This document shows, in pieces, positions 37,546 through 47,357 of a stretch of DNA of 64,000 bases (position 1 is the stretch's first letter; the number at the start of each line of letters is the position of its first letter). The stretch comes from Candidatus Moraniibacteriota bacterium. GTDB taxonomy: Bacteria > Patescibacteriota > Minisyncoccia > Moranbacterales > UBA2206. Made by a program: the position numbers and the translations under genes. The notes under the pieces are model-generated. The model made no database searches. It was not told the origin of the DNA and was given only the letters and a program-made list of their open reading frames with translations. The stretch covers positions 132,095-196,094 of the forward strand of contig JAUSNP010000006.1 of NCBI GenBank assembly GCA_030645735.1. Reading direction: 5' to 3'.

Positions 37546-39411
37546 ATGCTACAAACAATCGGCAATCAAATATTATTTTATCTCACATTAGTTTTTGTGT
37601 TATTTATTCCGGGCTACTCTTTGCTTTTGACGATTTTTGGTCGCAGCAAAACATTGAGCGTTTTGGAAAAATTCATAATTTCCTTTGGCCTGAGCATCAT
37701 CAGCGTGGATTTTATTTTTTTCGCCTTTTCCAAAGCCGATATTGCCATCACTCGCCTCTCATCTATCATCGGCATTGCAGCTTTCATTCTGATTTGTCTA
37801 GCTATTTTCAAATTTAGAAAATTCTCCGATTCAGTCGAAGACAATAAATTATTTTCTTTTTCCAAAAATCAATTCATTCTCATTCTGCTTTTGATTTTTT
37901 TGAGCATTTTTATTAAAACTGCCTATTTGACTGACACCGTTTTTCCGACCGCCACTGACATGGGACATCATATGTATTGGGCCAAATGGATGGTGGAAAA
38001 TCATCAGTTGCCAACCTATGACGGTATGCCAGATTTCATCATCGGTGAACACATCATTTTTGCCACCGTTGCCACCTTGAGTGGTGCCAACTTCTTCTCA
38101 GCTTTCCCAATTGTGATTCTGTTTTTAGTAAATTTGCTCAGTATCTTGATGGTTTTCATTTTGACTTTGCGCATTTTCAAAGAAAAAAATGTAGCTATCT
38201 TGTCATTGCTATTCTTGGGAGTCCTGTATGCTGTGAGCTCACCCCAAGCCAAATTTGTCAGTGGTGGCGTAGTTGGCAATATTCTTGGCAATCTACTTTT
38301 GCCAATGTCGCTCTATTTTTATTATCGCGCTTTCAGTTTTTTTGAAGCTGATGAAAAAGTTTCCAGTGAATCAAAAACATTTTTGGCCTTGGCCTTTTTC
38401 TCAACTTTCGGATTGCTCTACACGCACCATTTGACGGCTTTTATATTCCTATTTATTTTTGCTTTAATCGTTGCAATTTTCTTAATTTTAAATTTTAAGA
38501 ATTTAAAAAATATTTTTGCCTCACTATTCAAAATTGTTTTTTCTCCGCAGGTCCTAGCCACATTGGCCATCTGTTTTATTTTTTTCTTTTGGGTTTTCAC
38601 GCCCAACTACATAAAAGGTGGCGCCGTGGACACCGCTGTGGGTGCGCCCAGCAAAGAAACTCGCGCTGGCCTCACCATTGCCAACTTGCGTTCTTCCATT
38701 GGCGAAGCGCGCATCGCCTTGGGCTTCCTAGGACTTCTAGTTTTAGCCATCGGATTTAAGCGTAAAAATTTTGGCTACACTATTATCGCCGCTTGGGCCA
38801 TTATGATTTTCATCATGTCCACCCAACCAAATCTCCTTTTAGTGAATCTACCCAGCAGTCGCATCGGCAACTATCTCTCCTATCCTTTCGCCATCCTCAG
38901 TGCCTACACATTTTATTTTGTTTTCAAAAACAAAACCAATCAATTTTTGAAAGTTAGTTTCATTGTCATCGCCACTTTTGTTTTGGTAGATGGAATTTCT
39001 GATTCGGCCTATAGCTTCAAAAACAAGGAAGACTTAAGTCCCCTTGCCCAAACATTCAACGCTTCAAATTATCTAGCCACACACACCACAACTGATGATG
39101 AGATTTTGAAAGACCACAACTACATCACCGCTGACTCTTGGATGAAAATCATCTTGATGCGCGGTTACAAATATCCACAATCCCGTGGCTACTTCAAGCG
39201 TTATGATGACCAAACCAAGCCACGCGAAATGTGCACCCTCAATATGATTTCCACACCCGACAGCCCAGAAGCCAAGACTTGTTTTGCTGACACCAACACC
39301 AATTTCATCGCCATCAATCCGAACTTTGATAGCGCGCAATTTTTGAAATTGAAAAATTTTGATCAAGTCTATTCCAGCACTGGCATAAATATTTATTACA
39401 AAAATAACTAA
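37546..39411 (+). CDS. Large polytopic membrane protein, probable GT-C-fold glycosyltransferase / polymerase
   Basis: About 13 TM helices in the N-terminal two-thirds, then a soluble C-terminal domain. Confidence 0.45.
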   Translation: MLQTIGNQILFYLTLVFVLFIPGYSLLLTIFGRSKTLSVLEKFIISFGLSIISVDFIFFAFSKADIAITRLSSIIGIAAFILICLAIFKFRKFSDSVEDNKLFSFSKNQFILILLLIFLSIFIKTAYLTDTVFPTATDMGHHMYWAKWMVENHQLPTYDGMPDFIIGEHIIFATVATLSGANFFSAFPIVILFLVNLLSILMVFILTLRIFKEKNVAILSLLFLGVLYAVSSPQAKFVSGGVVGNILGNLLLPMSLYFYYRAFSFFEADEKVSSESKTFLALAFFSTFGLLYTHHLTAFIFLFIFALIVAIFLILNFKNLKNIFASLFKIVFSPQVLATLAICFIFFFWVFTPNYIKGGAVDTAVGAPSKETRAGLTIANLRSSIGEARIALGFLGLLVLAIGFKRKNFGYTIIAAWAIMIFIMSTQPNLLLVNLPSSRIGNYLSYPFAILSAYTFYFVFKNKTNQFLKVSFIVIATFVLVDGISDSAYSFKNKEDLSPLAQTFNASNYLATHTTTDDEILKDHNYITADSWMKIILMRGYKYPQSRGYFKRYDDQTKPREMCTLNMISTPDSPEAKTCFADTNTNFIAINPNFDSAQFLKLKNFDQVYSSTGINIYYKNN

Positions 39412-39412
39412 T

Positions 39413-39766
39413 ATGCGACAACAAACTAAAATCATTTTGTTTTTCATTGTTCTCTTCTTAGCCAGCTCGGTCTATCTTTTTTCCATTGATTCCAGATACA
39501 ATGACCCGACATACAACAAGAATTGGTATGCGCTATCGTTTGTTGAACCAAAATCAGACAGTTTGAATTTCGCTATTGAAAATTTTTCTGCCAACATAAA
39601 TTTCCATTGGGAGCTTTTAGCTGGCAAAGAAAAAGTTGAGACTGGTAATGTTGAAATTCAAACGGGAGAGAAAAAAGAGATTAGCCTGTCCCAAATAGCC
39701 GCTGATCAAAAAATGACCGTGCGTGTTTCTTCTGGAGATGCTACACAAGAAATTTATAAAAACTAA
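39413..39766 (+). CDS. Small signal-anchored hypothetical protein
   Basis: N-terminal TM; translationally coupled to the upstream gene. Confidence 0.35.
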   Translation: MRQQTKIILFFIVLFLASSVYLFSIDSRYNDPTYNKNWYALSFVEPKSDSLNFAIENFSANINFHWELLAGKEKVETGNVEIQTGEKKEISLSQIAADQKMTVRVSSGDATQEIYKN

Positions 39767-39773
39767 CATAGCC

Positions 39774-39874
39774 TGTCATCCCGGGCTTGACCCGGGATCT
39801 ACTCTGCGTTTCACTGAATTAAATTTAGATTCGCAATTACAGTGAGCAGATTCCGGCTCAAGGCCGGAATGACA
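39774..39874. repeat. Element family B, copy 4 (orientation 1)
   Basis: TGTCATCCCGGGCTTGACCCGGGATCT...AGATTCCGGCTCAAGGCCGGAATGACA. Confidence 0.8.
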
Positions 39875-39875
39875 A

Positions 39876-41015
39876 TTGAAAAATATGTCCAACCCTAAAA
39901 AAATATTATTAGTCACTCGCCCAATCGCCCCACCTTGGGATGAGGCCTCTAAGAATTTTGCTTTTTATCTCGCCAAAAGTGTAGCTAATTTTGATTTGAA
40001 TCTTTTGACTAATGGCCTGATCGCTGAAATTCCCAATGCTCAACAAAAACCCATTTACACCTCCAATGATTTCAGCTATTTTCAAAAACTGCGCCTCATC
40101 AAACATTTGCGCAAAATGAAAAATGATTTTGACATCTTGCATTATATTTTCACACCCACCAAACAAAATTCTTTTTTATTAAAACATTTTGTGAATGCTG
40201 GCAAAAAGAAAACTACCAAAATCATCCAAACCATAGCAACTTTGCGCGAAGATTTGTATTCTGATTCGGATCTGAAAGATTTGATGTTTGGTGATTTAAT
40301 TATCACCTATTCTGATTATGCCAAAAATAAACTCGCTTCTTTGGGATTTAAAAATGTGCAACGAGTCTATCCAGGAATTGATTTGCAATATTATTCAGCA
40401 AAACCAAAAAATATAGAAATACTTCAACAGCTTGGAATTACACAAGAAGATTTTGTAGTGACCTATCCCGGAGAATATATTCGCTTAGGCGCAACAGATG
40501 ACATCGTGCGAATGATCACAGAAAACGTTGAGGTCTTTAGAGAAAAAAAGATCAAAATATTTTTAGCCTGTCGACTGAAAAATGACAGTGAAGCTATCAA
40601 AAAAAGAGATGCGGTGCTTGAAGAACTAAAAAAACATAACGCGATGGACGTAGCTATTGTCGCTGATACATTTTCTGATATGTCAGCTATTTATAATTTG
40701 TCAGATATTGTTATTTTCCCTGTCCAAAATATGCGTGGCAAGTTTGATGTGCCTTTGGCCGCAGTTGAACCGATGGCCTGTGAAAAGCCCGTGATTGTTT
40801 CAGACCTACCGATTCTCAAGGAGTTTGCCAATGAAACCAATTCTGTCACAATTGAAAAAGGCAATTCACAACAATTGGCTGATGCAATTTTTGATCTCTA
40901 CAACAATCCAGAAAAACGAGCGACTCTCGGCAAAGGCGGACGCAAATTCTGTGAAGAAAATTTCGACATCAAAAAAGTCGCCTCAATCTACGAAAAAATT
41001 TACACCGAACTATAA
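39876..41015 (+). CDS. GT4-family glycosyltransferase; possibly starts at the ATG at 39885
   Basis: C-terminal GT-B domain with ...PMACEKPVIVSD... Confidence 0.7.
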   Translation: MKNMSNPKKILLVTRPIAPPWDEASKNFAFYLAKSVANFDLNLLTNGLIAEIPNAQQKPIYTSNDFSYFQKLRLIKHLRKMKNDFDILHYIFTPTKQNSFLLKHFVNAGKKKTTKIIQTIATLREDLYSDSDLKDLMFGDLIITYSDYAKNKLASLGFKNVQRVYPGIDLQYYSAKPKNIEILQQLGITQEDFVVTYPGEYIRLGATDDIVRMITENVEVFREKKIKIFLACRLKNDSEAIKKRDAVLEELKKHNAMDVAIVADTFSDMSAIYNLSDIVIFPVQNMRGKFDVPLAAVEPMACEKPVIVSDLPILKEFANETNSVTIEKGNSQQLADAIFDLYNNPEKRATLGKGGRKFCEENFDIKKVASIYEKIYTEL

Positions 41016-41055
41016 TTTTTATTTTTAATTCTTAATTCGTCTTATCAGTCCTATT

Positions 41056-42549
41056 ATGACTTATTCAATCAACAACCTCTCCCCTCACAAAAAACAATTT
41101 CAAACTCCTGCCATGCAAGTGCCGGCTATTTTGCATGTCTCTGATGATTTGATGCCCAATGATGCCACTTTGGCCGAAATTGAAGGCGTAGCCTCTGATC
41201 CGCATGCTTTTCATCATGTGGCTGCCATGTCTGACGTGCACAGCAAAAAGGGCCGTAAGAACCCAACTGGCACCGTGATGGCCTCAGAGGCTCATCTTTT
41301 GCCCCAAATCAATGACACCGCCCCCAATTGTGGCATGCGCTTTTTGAAGACCAATCTCACCGACGCAGATTTGACCCCAGAAAACATCGACCGACTTTTT
41401 CAAGAATTGATTGGCGTCATCCCAACCAAGACATACGTTGGCACCAAAGTGCCCTATTCTTTAATCATAGACATCTGTCGCAAAGGCATCGCACCCGTGC
41501 GGGAATTTTTTGGCTCTCGCACCAAAAATGAAATTGAAAACGCTTTTGAAGGTGGCAACTTTTTTTCCGAAATTCCCACTGAAAAAGAAATCCTCAATGC
41601 CATTCCAAAGTTATTTTTGCACATCGGACAATATCGCCTAGGTATCCTCGGCGCTGCCGGCAATCACTTTTTGGATTTGATGAAAATCACCGAAATTGAA
41701 AACCAAGAGATTGCCACAAAATTCGGATTGCAAACCGGACAATATATTTTCTTGTTGCATACCGGCTCAGGACTCCTAGGACAATACGCGTCATACTTAT
41801 ACACTCCAAAAAGGAAAGAGCATTTGAGCCAAAGAATTATTTTGGAAATTGGCAAGTTTTTATTTAAAACTGATTATAAAAAAGAATTCAAAGCGCTGTG
41901 GAAAAAAATTGAAAGTTTCAAGGACAGCAAAGAATATTTTGCCTACGATGACCAAAGTTTGGAAGGCAAACTCTTTTTGACTTCGCACAATGCCGCTGCC
42001 AATCAAGGCTATGCCAATCGTTCAATTTTGAATCATCAGTTGGATTTGGCAATTGAAAAAGTTCTTGGCAAAAATCCAGAGCTGGATATGCTTTATGACA
42101 TGCCCCATGTTTTTGTGCATCGCGAAAAGAATCATTTTGGCAAAGATGTTTGGATTCACCGCAATGGCACCGTGAGGGCTAATGGTCCAGCGCGTATGAA
42201 TCATCCATTGTTCTCCCAAACTGGAGAGCCAGTTTTCATTCCCTCTTCCATGAGCACGCCCGCCTACATTTGCGCCGGTACTGACGCCAATGAATCTAGT
42301 TTTTTCTCAGCCAGCCATGGCACCGGTCGTCGCAAAGATCCTTTGGCAGATGCGACGCACAACAAAGCTGAACTTTTTGACAAACTCAAACAACGTCAAG
42401 TCAAACTTTTCAATGCCAAATCCAAAGGCGTGGTCATGCAAGACAGTTCATACTACAAAGATGTCGAGGAAGTTATCGCTGGCATGGAAGCCAACCAAAT
42501 CGTCAAAGCCGTGGCCAAGATGGAACCAGTGGCGGTTTTAATGTACTAG
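41056..42549 (+). CDS. rtcB: RNA-splicing ligase RtcB
   Basis: DVHSKKG, APNCGMRF and SHGTGRR motifs, which include the metal-binding His/Cys of RtcB. Confidence 0.85.
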   Translation: MTYSINNLSPHKKQFQTPAMQVPAILHVSDDLMPNDATLAEIEGVASDPHAFHHVAAMSDVHSKKGRKNPTGTVMASEAHLLPQINDTAPNCGMRFLKTNLTDADLTPENIDRLFQELIGVIPTKTYVGTKVPYSLIIDICRKGIAPVREFFGSRTKNEIENAFEGGNFFSEIPTEKEILNAIPKLFLHIGQYRLGILGAAGNHFLDLMKITEIENQEIATKFGLQTGQYIFLLHTGSGLLGQYASYLYTPKRKEHLSQRIILEIGKFLFKTDYKKEFKALWKKIESFKDSKEYFAYDDQSLEGKLFLTSHNAAANQGYANRSILNHQLDLAIEKVLGKNPELDMLYDMPHVFVHREKNHFGKDVWIHRNGTVRANGPARMNHPLFSQTGEPVFIPSSMSTPAYICAGTDANESSFFSASHGTGRRKDPLADATHNKAELFDKLKQRQVKLFNAKSKGVVMQDSSYYKDVEEVIAGMEANQIVKAVAKMEPVAVLMY

Positions 42550-42573
42550 AAGTTTCATAAAAAATTAGAATTG

Positions 42574-42605
42574 GGCGGGAATGTAGGTTCACACTCCCGC
42601 TTTTT
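42574..42605 (+). terminator. Rho-independent terminator after rtcB
   Basis: GCGGGA-loop-TCCCGC plus TTTTT. Confidence 0.6.
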
Positions 42606-42624
42606 ACACAAGATGAATGCATCC

Positions 42625-42819
42625 TTATAGCCCAAACTGCCTTCTAAGGTCGCTACTTGTGTCCGGTTTAAATCTTGGGGCTTTTCTTGTCACAGTCTTG
42701 TGCTGCTCTATGTCTCCGCCATGCAAAATGGTACAGCCTAGACATATTCCACCCGCAGTTATACAAGATTTTGGATGACCACAAAATGCTAAAGCAACTT
42801 TCTTCGCTTTTCGTGCCAT
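42625..42819 (-). CDS. Small Cys-rich protein (64 aa; C13, C19, C26, C29)
   Basis: Strong GAGGGGG RBS 5 nt upstream; CGHPKSC...CLGC. Confidence 0.45.
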   Translation of the reverse strand: MARKAKKVALAFCGHPKSCITAGGICLGCTILHGGDIEQHKTVTRKAPRFKPDTSSDLRRQFGL

Positions 42820-42835
42820 AATTCAACCCCCTCAT

Positions 42836-43054
42836 TCAGATTCTTAACTTGGCCGAACTCATGTCACATTGCCCATACATATTGCAGACAGCAATTTCTT
42901 GCCCGCAATTATCGCAGCTAGTCACCCAAAACATAACAGCATGTATGAGTGTAGTGCAGGCTGGGCAATTGAAGTTTTTATTTCCACCGACCTTAATCCT
43001 TATTATTGGTTTCTTAGCATTTTCTTTCTCTTCTTTAACATCCCAAAAGGACAT
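42836..43054 (-). CDS. Small zinc-ribbon-like protein (72 aa; CPAC...CDNC plus two further Cys)
   Basis: GGAGG RBS; tandem with the preceding small gene. Confidence 0.45.
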   Translation of the reverse strand: MSFWDVKEEKENAKKPIIRIKVGGNKNFNCPACTTLIHAVMFWVTSCDNCGQEIAVCNMYGQCDMSSAKLRI

Positions 43055-43245
43055 GGCGCGCCTCCATATTGAATTGTGATTAGAGCTAGTTTTTTACATT
43101 TACCATCACCCAATTCTAATTTTTCATTTTATTGTAAAAGTTCTTATTATCAAACTAGCCCATTCTTGTAATAAATGCAAGTACTCCAGACTGGCTCCCC
43201 ACCCTATTTTATGCTATGATTTTGATGTAATAAGTTAAATATTTT

Positions 43246-43872
43246 ATGAAAATCATCACTATTTCCGGCGTAGATGGCTCAGGCAAATCGACCCAAATCA
43301 AACTTTTGCAAGCATATTTAGAATCGCAAGGTCAGCGGGTTTTTTATTTCCATGCCATCGAGTTTGGTCTAGCCACAAAACTAGCCAATTTCAAGAAAAA
43401 ATATTGCCTGATTTGCAAAATCAAAGGCCTATGTCAAATCAAGCCCACCGAAGCCAAAAGCGTCATCAAGGCCAATTGGTTGCAAATCCAACTGCGCAAA
43501 ATCTTCCTACGCATCGACATCTGCCGTTTCAAAAAACTCCTCAAAAAATTAGAAAAGGAGAAATTCGACTATCTCCTGAGTGATCGATTCTTTTACGATA
43601 CAGTCATAAATATTCACTATCTTGAAAATTCTGACATTAAAAATTCGGCCTTGATTCGAAATTCGAAATTCGAAATTCAGAATTCTTTTTATATGGACAT
43701 ATCTCCTGAACAAATCATGCAACGTGAAAGAAAGCCCGATCAAGGCCTTGAATATTTGCAAAAAAAGACTGGGTTATTCAAACAAAAAATTACTGATTGG
43801 AATATGCAAATCATTGACGCCTCAGAAAATAAAGAGATAGTTTTTGATAAAATAAAAAAGGGCCTAAGCTAA
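43246..43872 (+). CDS. tmk: Thymidylate kinase with in-frame heptamer-repeat insert
   Basis: ISGVDGSGKSTQ P-loop and DRFFYDT (DRY-like) motif. Confidence 0.7.
   Translation: MKIITISGVDGSGKSTQIKLLQAYLESQGQRVFYFHAIEFGLATKLANFKKKYCLICKIKGLCQIKPTEAKSVIKANWLQIQLRKIFLRIDICRFKKLLKKLEKEKFDYLLSDRFFYDTVINIHYLENSDIKNSALIRNSKFEIQNSFYMDISPEQIMQRERKPDQGLEYLQKKTGLFKQKITDWNMQIIDASENKEIVFDKIKKGLS
43655..43687. repeat. Tandem heptamer (TTCGAAA)x3 plus degenerate units inside tmk, in-frame (encodes IRNSKFEIQNS)
   Basis: attcgaaattcgaaattcgaaattcagaattc; CG every 7 nt. Confidence 0.75.
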
Positions 43873-43912
43873 AAGCGCCTAGGCCCATAAACCCAAATAT
43901 TCACGTTGTGAA

Positions 43913-44074
43913 TTATCTAAAGATTTGGGTTAAATCACCGCCACCAAGTGGATCACTGACGCCTCGCCGGCGAGTGGTCACATCACGAGAAGGTTTTTTT
44001 CGCGATACTCCACAAGGACATTGATAGGTACTGCCTTTGAGTTTCATTTTTTCTCCACAATCTGGACAAGTCAT
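43913..44074 (-). CDS. Unlisted small zinc-ribbon protein (53 aa: MTCPDCGEKMKLKGSTYQCPCG...)
   Basis: GGAGG RBS 6 nt upstream of the ATG; CxxC...CxC arrangement; too short for the supplied ORF track. Confidence 0.35.
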   Translation of the reverse strand: MTCPDCGEKMKLKGSTYQCPCGVSRKKPSRDVTTRRRGVSDPLGGGDLTQIFR

Positions 44075-44149
44075 ACTGCCTCCGCTTGAAAAGAGTGAAA
44101 TAAAAAAACAACCAACTACTGCAAATAATCATATCAATAAAATCAAGCT

Positions 44150-45674
44150 TATGTCAATTAGCATCGCCAAATCAGCCCTCTGGGTCACTGTTTCAGAAAT
44201 CATCTTCAACTTGTCAGGATTTATCATTCACAGCGTTCTGGGGCGCGTTTTGGGTCCGGCAGACTATGGCAGATATGGCCTGATTGTGACTTTGACCACC
44301 ATGGTCATCGTTCTGATTGGCAATGGCATCCCAACTGCTATGGCGAAATACATCAGCGAGATTTTCGAGTCAGATCCACAAATGGTTCTCAAAATAAAAA
44401 AGCAAGCCATCAAATTGCAAATGCTCATCGTCGGATCAATTACGGTAATTTTCTATCTTTCTGCCGGTCTGATTTCCAAGGCTTTGGGCGATCCAAGCTT
44501 GGCGCCACTCTTCCGCTTTTCAACTTTGATTATCCCAGCCTTCGCTGCGGCATCTTTCTATTTTTCCTACTACACTGGCTTGCACAAATTCAACACCCAA
44601 GCTACCCTCAAAACTATTCGCTCTGTGATGCGCATTGGTTTTGTGGTCGGCTTGGCTTTTATTTTCGGTCTCAAGGGTTCCATCTCCGGCTATGTCATTG
44701 CGCCTTTTTCCGTTTTTGCAATTGCTTTTCTGATTGATAAATTCAAAATCTCTCCAGAACTAAAAAAACAATCTGCATTAATTGCATCCACTAAAATTGA
44801 CTTCGATTGGAAAAAATTGGTCAACTATGGCTGGCAAGTAGTGATTTTCTTTTTAGCCTATGAGCTACTCATCAGCATTGATCTATATATGGTCAAAGCG
44901 ATTTTGCGCGATGATGTTTTGACTGGAATCTACAATGCTTCACTCACCGTCGGACGCATCCCCTACTACATTTTCTATGCCATGACGGTTTTTCTATTGC
45001 CAATGATGTCAAAATCCACCGCGCAAAACAATCATGGCGAAACAACTAGAATCCTTGCTCAAGCATTGCGCATAATTTTGATTCTGCTCGTGCCAATGAT
45101 CATCTTGCTTTCCATCTTTGCTTTGCCAACACTACAATTGCTATATGGCCAAAAATACATAGCGGGAGCTGTGCCAATGTCAGTCCTCGTGTTTGGCGTC
45201 GGATTTTTGACACTTTTTTATGTCTTGAGTTTCGCTATGAACGGCGCTGGCAAAACCAAACTTGTGATGTGGATTGCTTCAATCGGACTGGCCATCAACT
45301 CGATTTTGAATTATTTTTTTATCCACAAATATGGCATCCTCGGCTCGGCCATCGCCACTTCCGTCGCTTCATTTGTCATCATGGTCATTATGCTCTACTA
45401 TCTGAAACGTGATTTCGGCGTTGCATACAAGATGAGAAGTGTTCTGCGCGTGGCCCTAGCTGGATTCCATATTTATATTTTCTCCCTAATCCTTCCACTT
45501 AGTCCCAAACTATTTATCCTTGAAACTATTCTTCTTTTGGGTGTTTATTTTGGTTTCCTTTGGATTTTGCGAGAAATCAAAAAGGAGGACCTTGCAATCC
45601 TCCAAAATATTATTCGTCGCAAGAAAGTCATTGAAGTTGAGCAAGAATTATCTGGAACGGAACCAAGCGCGTAA
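44150..45674 (+). CDS. Wzx-like polysaccharide flippase (MOP superfamily)
   Basis: About 14 TM helices; start taken at MSISIAK rather than the longer annotated ORF. Confidence 0.65.
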
Positions 45675-45686
45675 ACTTTTCATAGC

Positions 45687-45787
45687 TGTCATTCCGGCCT
45701 TGAGCCGGAATCTACTTACTGTTATCGCGAATCTAAATTTATCTTAGTGAAAGATAAAGAAGATCCCGGGTCAAGCCCGGGATGACA
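45687..45787. repeat. Element family B, copy 5 (orientation 2)
   Basis: TGTCATTCCGGCCTTGAGCCGGAATCT...GATCCCGGGTCAAGCCCGGGATGACA. Confidence 0.8.
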
Positions 45788-45812
45788 AAAGCCTGCGAAG
45801 CCATTCAGTAAT

Positions 45813-47339
45813 TTAATTTCCCCAACGATACACACCAATGTCACCGCGCACCGCGATGGCATTTATTTTTTCCAAGTTTTGCTCAACATATTCTTGCACC
45901 GCTTCAGAAATATAATCTTTGTCATTGCCCGAAAAAATAAACCAGCCCGATGGATTTTCACTCATGATTTTTTGCAACTCTGCTAGGCTGAATTTTTCTT
46001 GTGACAATTCTCCACCAAAATCAAAGGTTGCAACCTTTTGTCCACTCCAATAATAGTTGCGGAAATCCCGAGTGATTAAAACATCAGTCGGTTTTTTGTT
46101 TTTCTTGAAATAGGTGAAAACACTGCGATAGTTTGGATTTTCTGAACGCGATGTTTGATTGTAAACATTGTTTTCTTGAAAGAAATAAGCATAGTTTGGC
46201 AAAATCAAGAAAGCAATGATACTCGCGATATAAAAAGGTTTTTTCTTGTATTGTAATAGACTATCTTGAAAGAAAACGGCCACTGAATAAATTCCCGCCG
46301 CAATCAAAATCATTTCAAAAGATTGGATGAAGAAAATATATTGCTCGCCGACATTTCTGCGCCACATGAAAATTGCGAATAGCAATGGCACAAAAAATGA
46401 AATTGACAGCCACAAAGCCTCCTTGCCCAGAAATCTGGTTTTGACCAAATAATAAATTCCCAACAGCGCAAACGCAATCGCAATCAGCACATCATTATAA
46501 TCACGCAAAACAATGTTTAGATAACTGAAATGTGTCGTGAAAAAAACTAAAGTTACCCAAAATTTATCTATCAAGTTTTTGGCAAAAATTTCAACCAAAA
46601 CAAATCCGGCCACAGCCATGGCCAGCATCACCGCATATTTATTTTGCAATGATTTTGTTTTGCGATAAACACTCACCAAACGCACCGCAAGATACACTGC
46701 GACAACAATAGCAATGTTCGCGGTGAGCTGATGCAAATGAAAACTCAGCGCTCCCAGCGCCAGCATCGGCACCAAATACATCAAATTCAATCCGTATTCA
46801 ACATTAATTTTTTTTATCCAAGCCACATCGCCCTCATATTTTCTTTCCAAGAATTTGAAAGTTGACCATGAAAACAGCAGGAAGATTGGAAAAAACATAG
46901 CATACATCCGCACATGCCGATCAAAAATGATGCCCGAAACGCTCAGAGCGAACAAAGTTGCGCTCAAAAGGCCAACGGCACGTTTTTTGGTGAAACTAGT
47001 TGCCACTAGATACATCGCCACCATAGAAATCATGCCCCAAAAAACACTCACCGCGCGAGCTGTGGCTTCAGTAGGTGGAAAGAATTTGTATAGTTGCGCC
47101 ATTTGCCAGCGATAGGCCCAAGCTCGCTCATCACTGGGGTCATTCACTCTCTCAGCCGGAGCGCCCAAATTGAAATCCCATGCATGCCAATCGCCCGTTT
47201 TGAAATAGCCATAACTGGCATTCACATCCAAAAACTCATCCGCCACAAACGAAGAATTGCCCAATTTATATATGCGCAAAAATCCACCCAACAAGATTAT
47301 TAGAAACAGGATAGCAAAGAACCTTTTTTTGTCTAACAT
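45813..47339 (-). CDS. GT-C-fold membrane glycosyltransferase (ArnT/PMT-like, GT39/83 family)
   Basis: Periplasmic-loop DEFLD motif after the first TM; about 12 TM helices. Confidence 0.55.
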   Translation of the reverse strand: MLDKKRFFAILFLIILLGGFLRIYKLGNSSFVADEFLDVNASYGYFKTGDWHAWDFNLGAPAERVNDPSDERAWAYRWQMAQLYKFFPPTEATARAVSVFWGMISMVAMYLVATSFTKKRAVGLLSATLFALSVSGIIFDRHVRMYAMFFPIFLLFSWSTFKFLERKYEGDVAWIKKINVEYGLNLMYLVPMLALGALSFHLHQLTANIAIVVAVYLAVRLVSVYRKTKSLQNKYAVMLAMAVAGFVLVEIFAKNLIDKFWVTLVFFTTHFSYLNIVLRDYNDVLIAIAFALLGIYYLVKTRFLGKEALWLSISFFVPLLFAIFMWRRNVGEQYIFFIQSFEMILIAAGIYSVAVFFQDSLLQYKKKPFYIASIIAFLILPNYAYFFQENNVYNQTSRSENPNYRSVFTYFKKNKKPTDVLITRDFRNYYWSGQKVATFDFGGELSQEKFSLAELQKIMSENPSGWFIFSGNDKDYISEAVQEYVEQNLEKINAIAVRGDIGVYRWGN

Positions 47340-47357
47340 TTTTATATAAAATAATAA

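Noticed and set aside
44037-44149. N-terminal 38-aa extension of the flippase ORF as annotated in the track
   Set aside because: The extension has no RBS and overlaps a better-supported small minus-strand zinc-ribbon ORF. The start was moved to MSISIAK at 44150.
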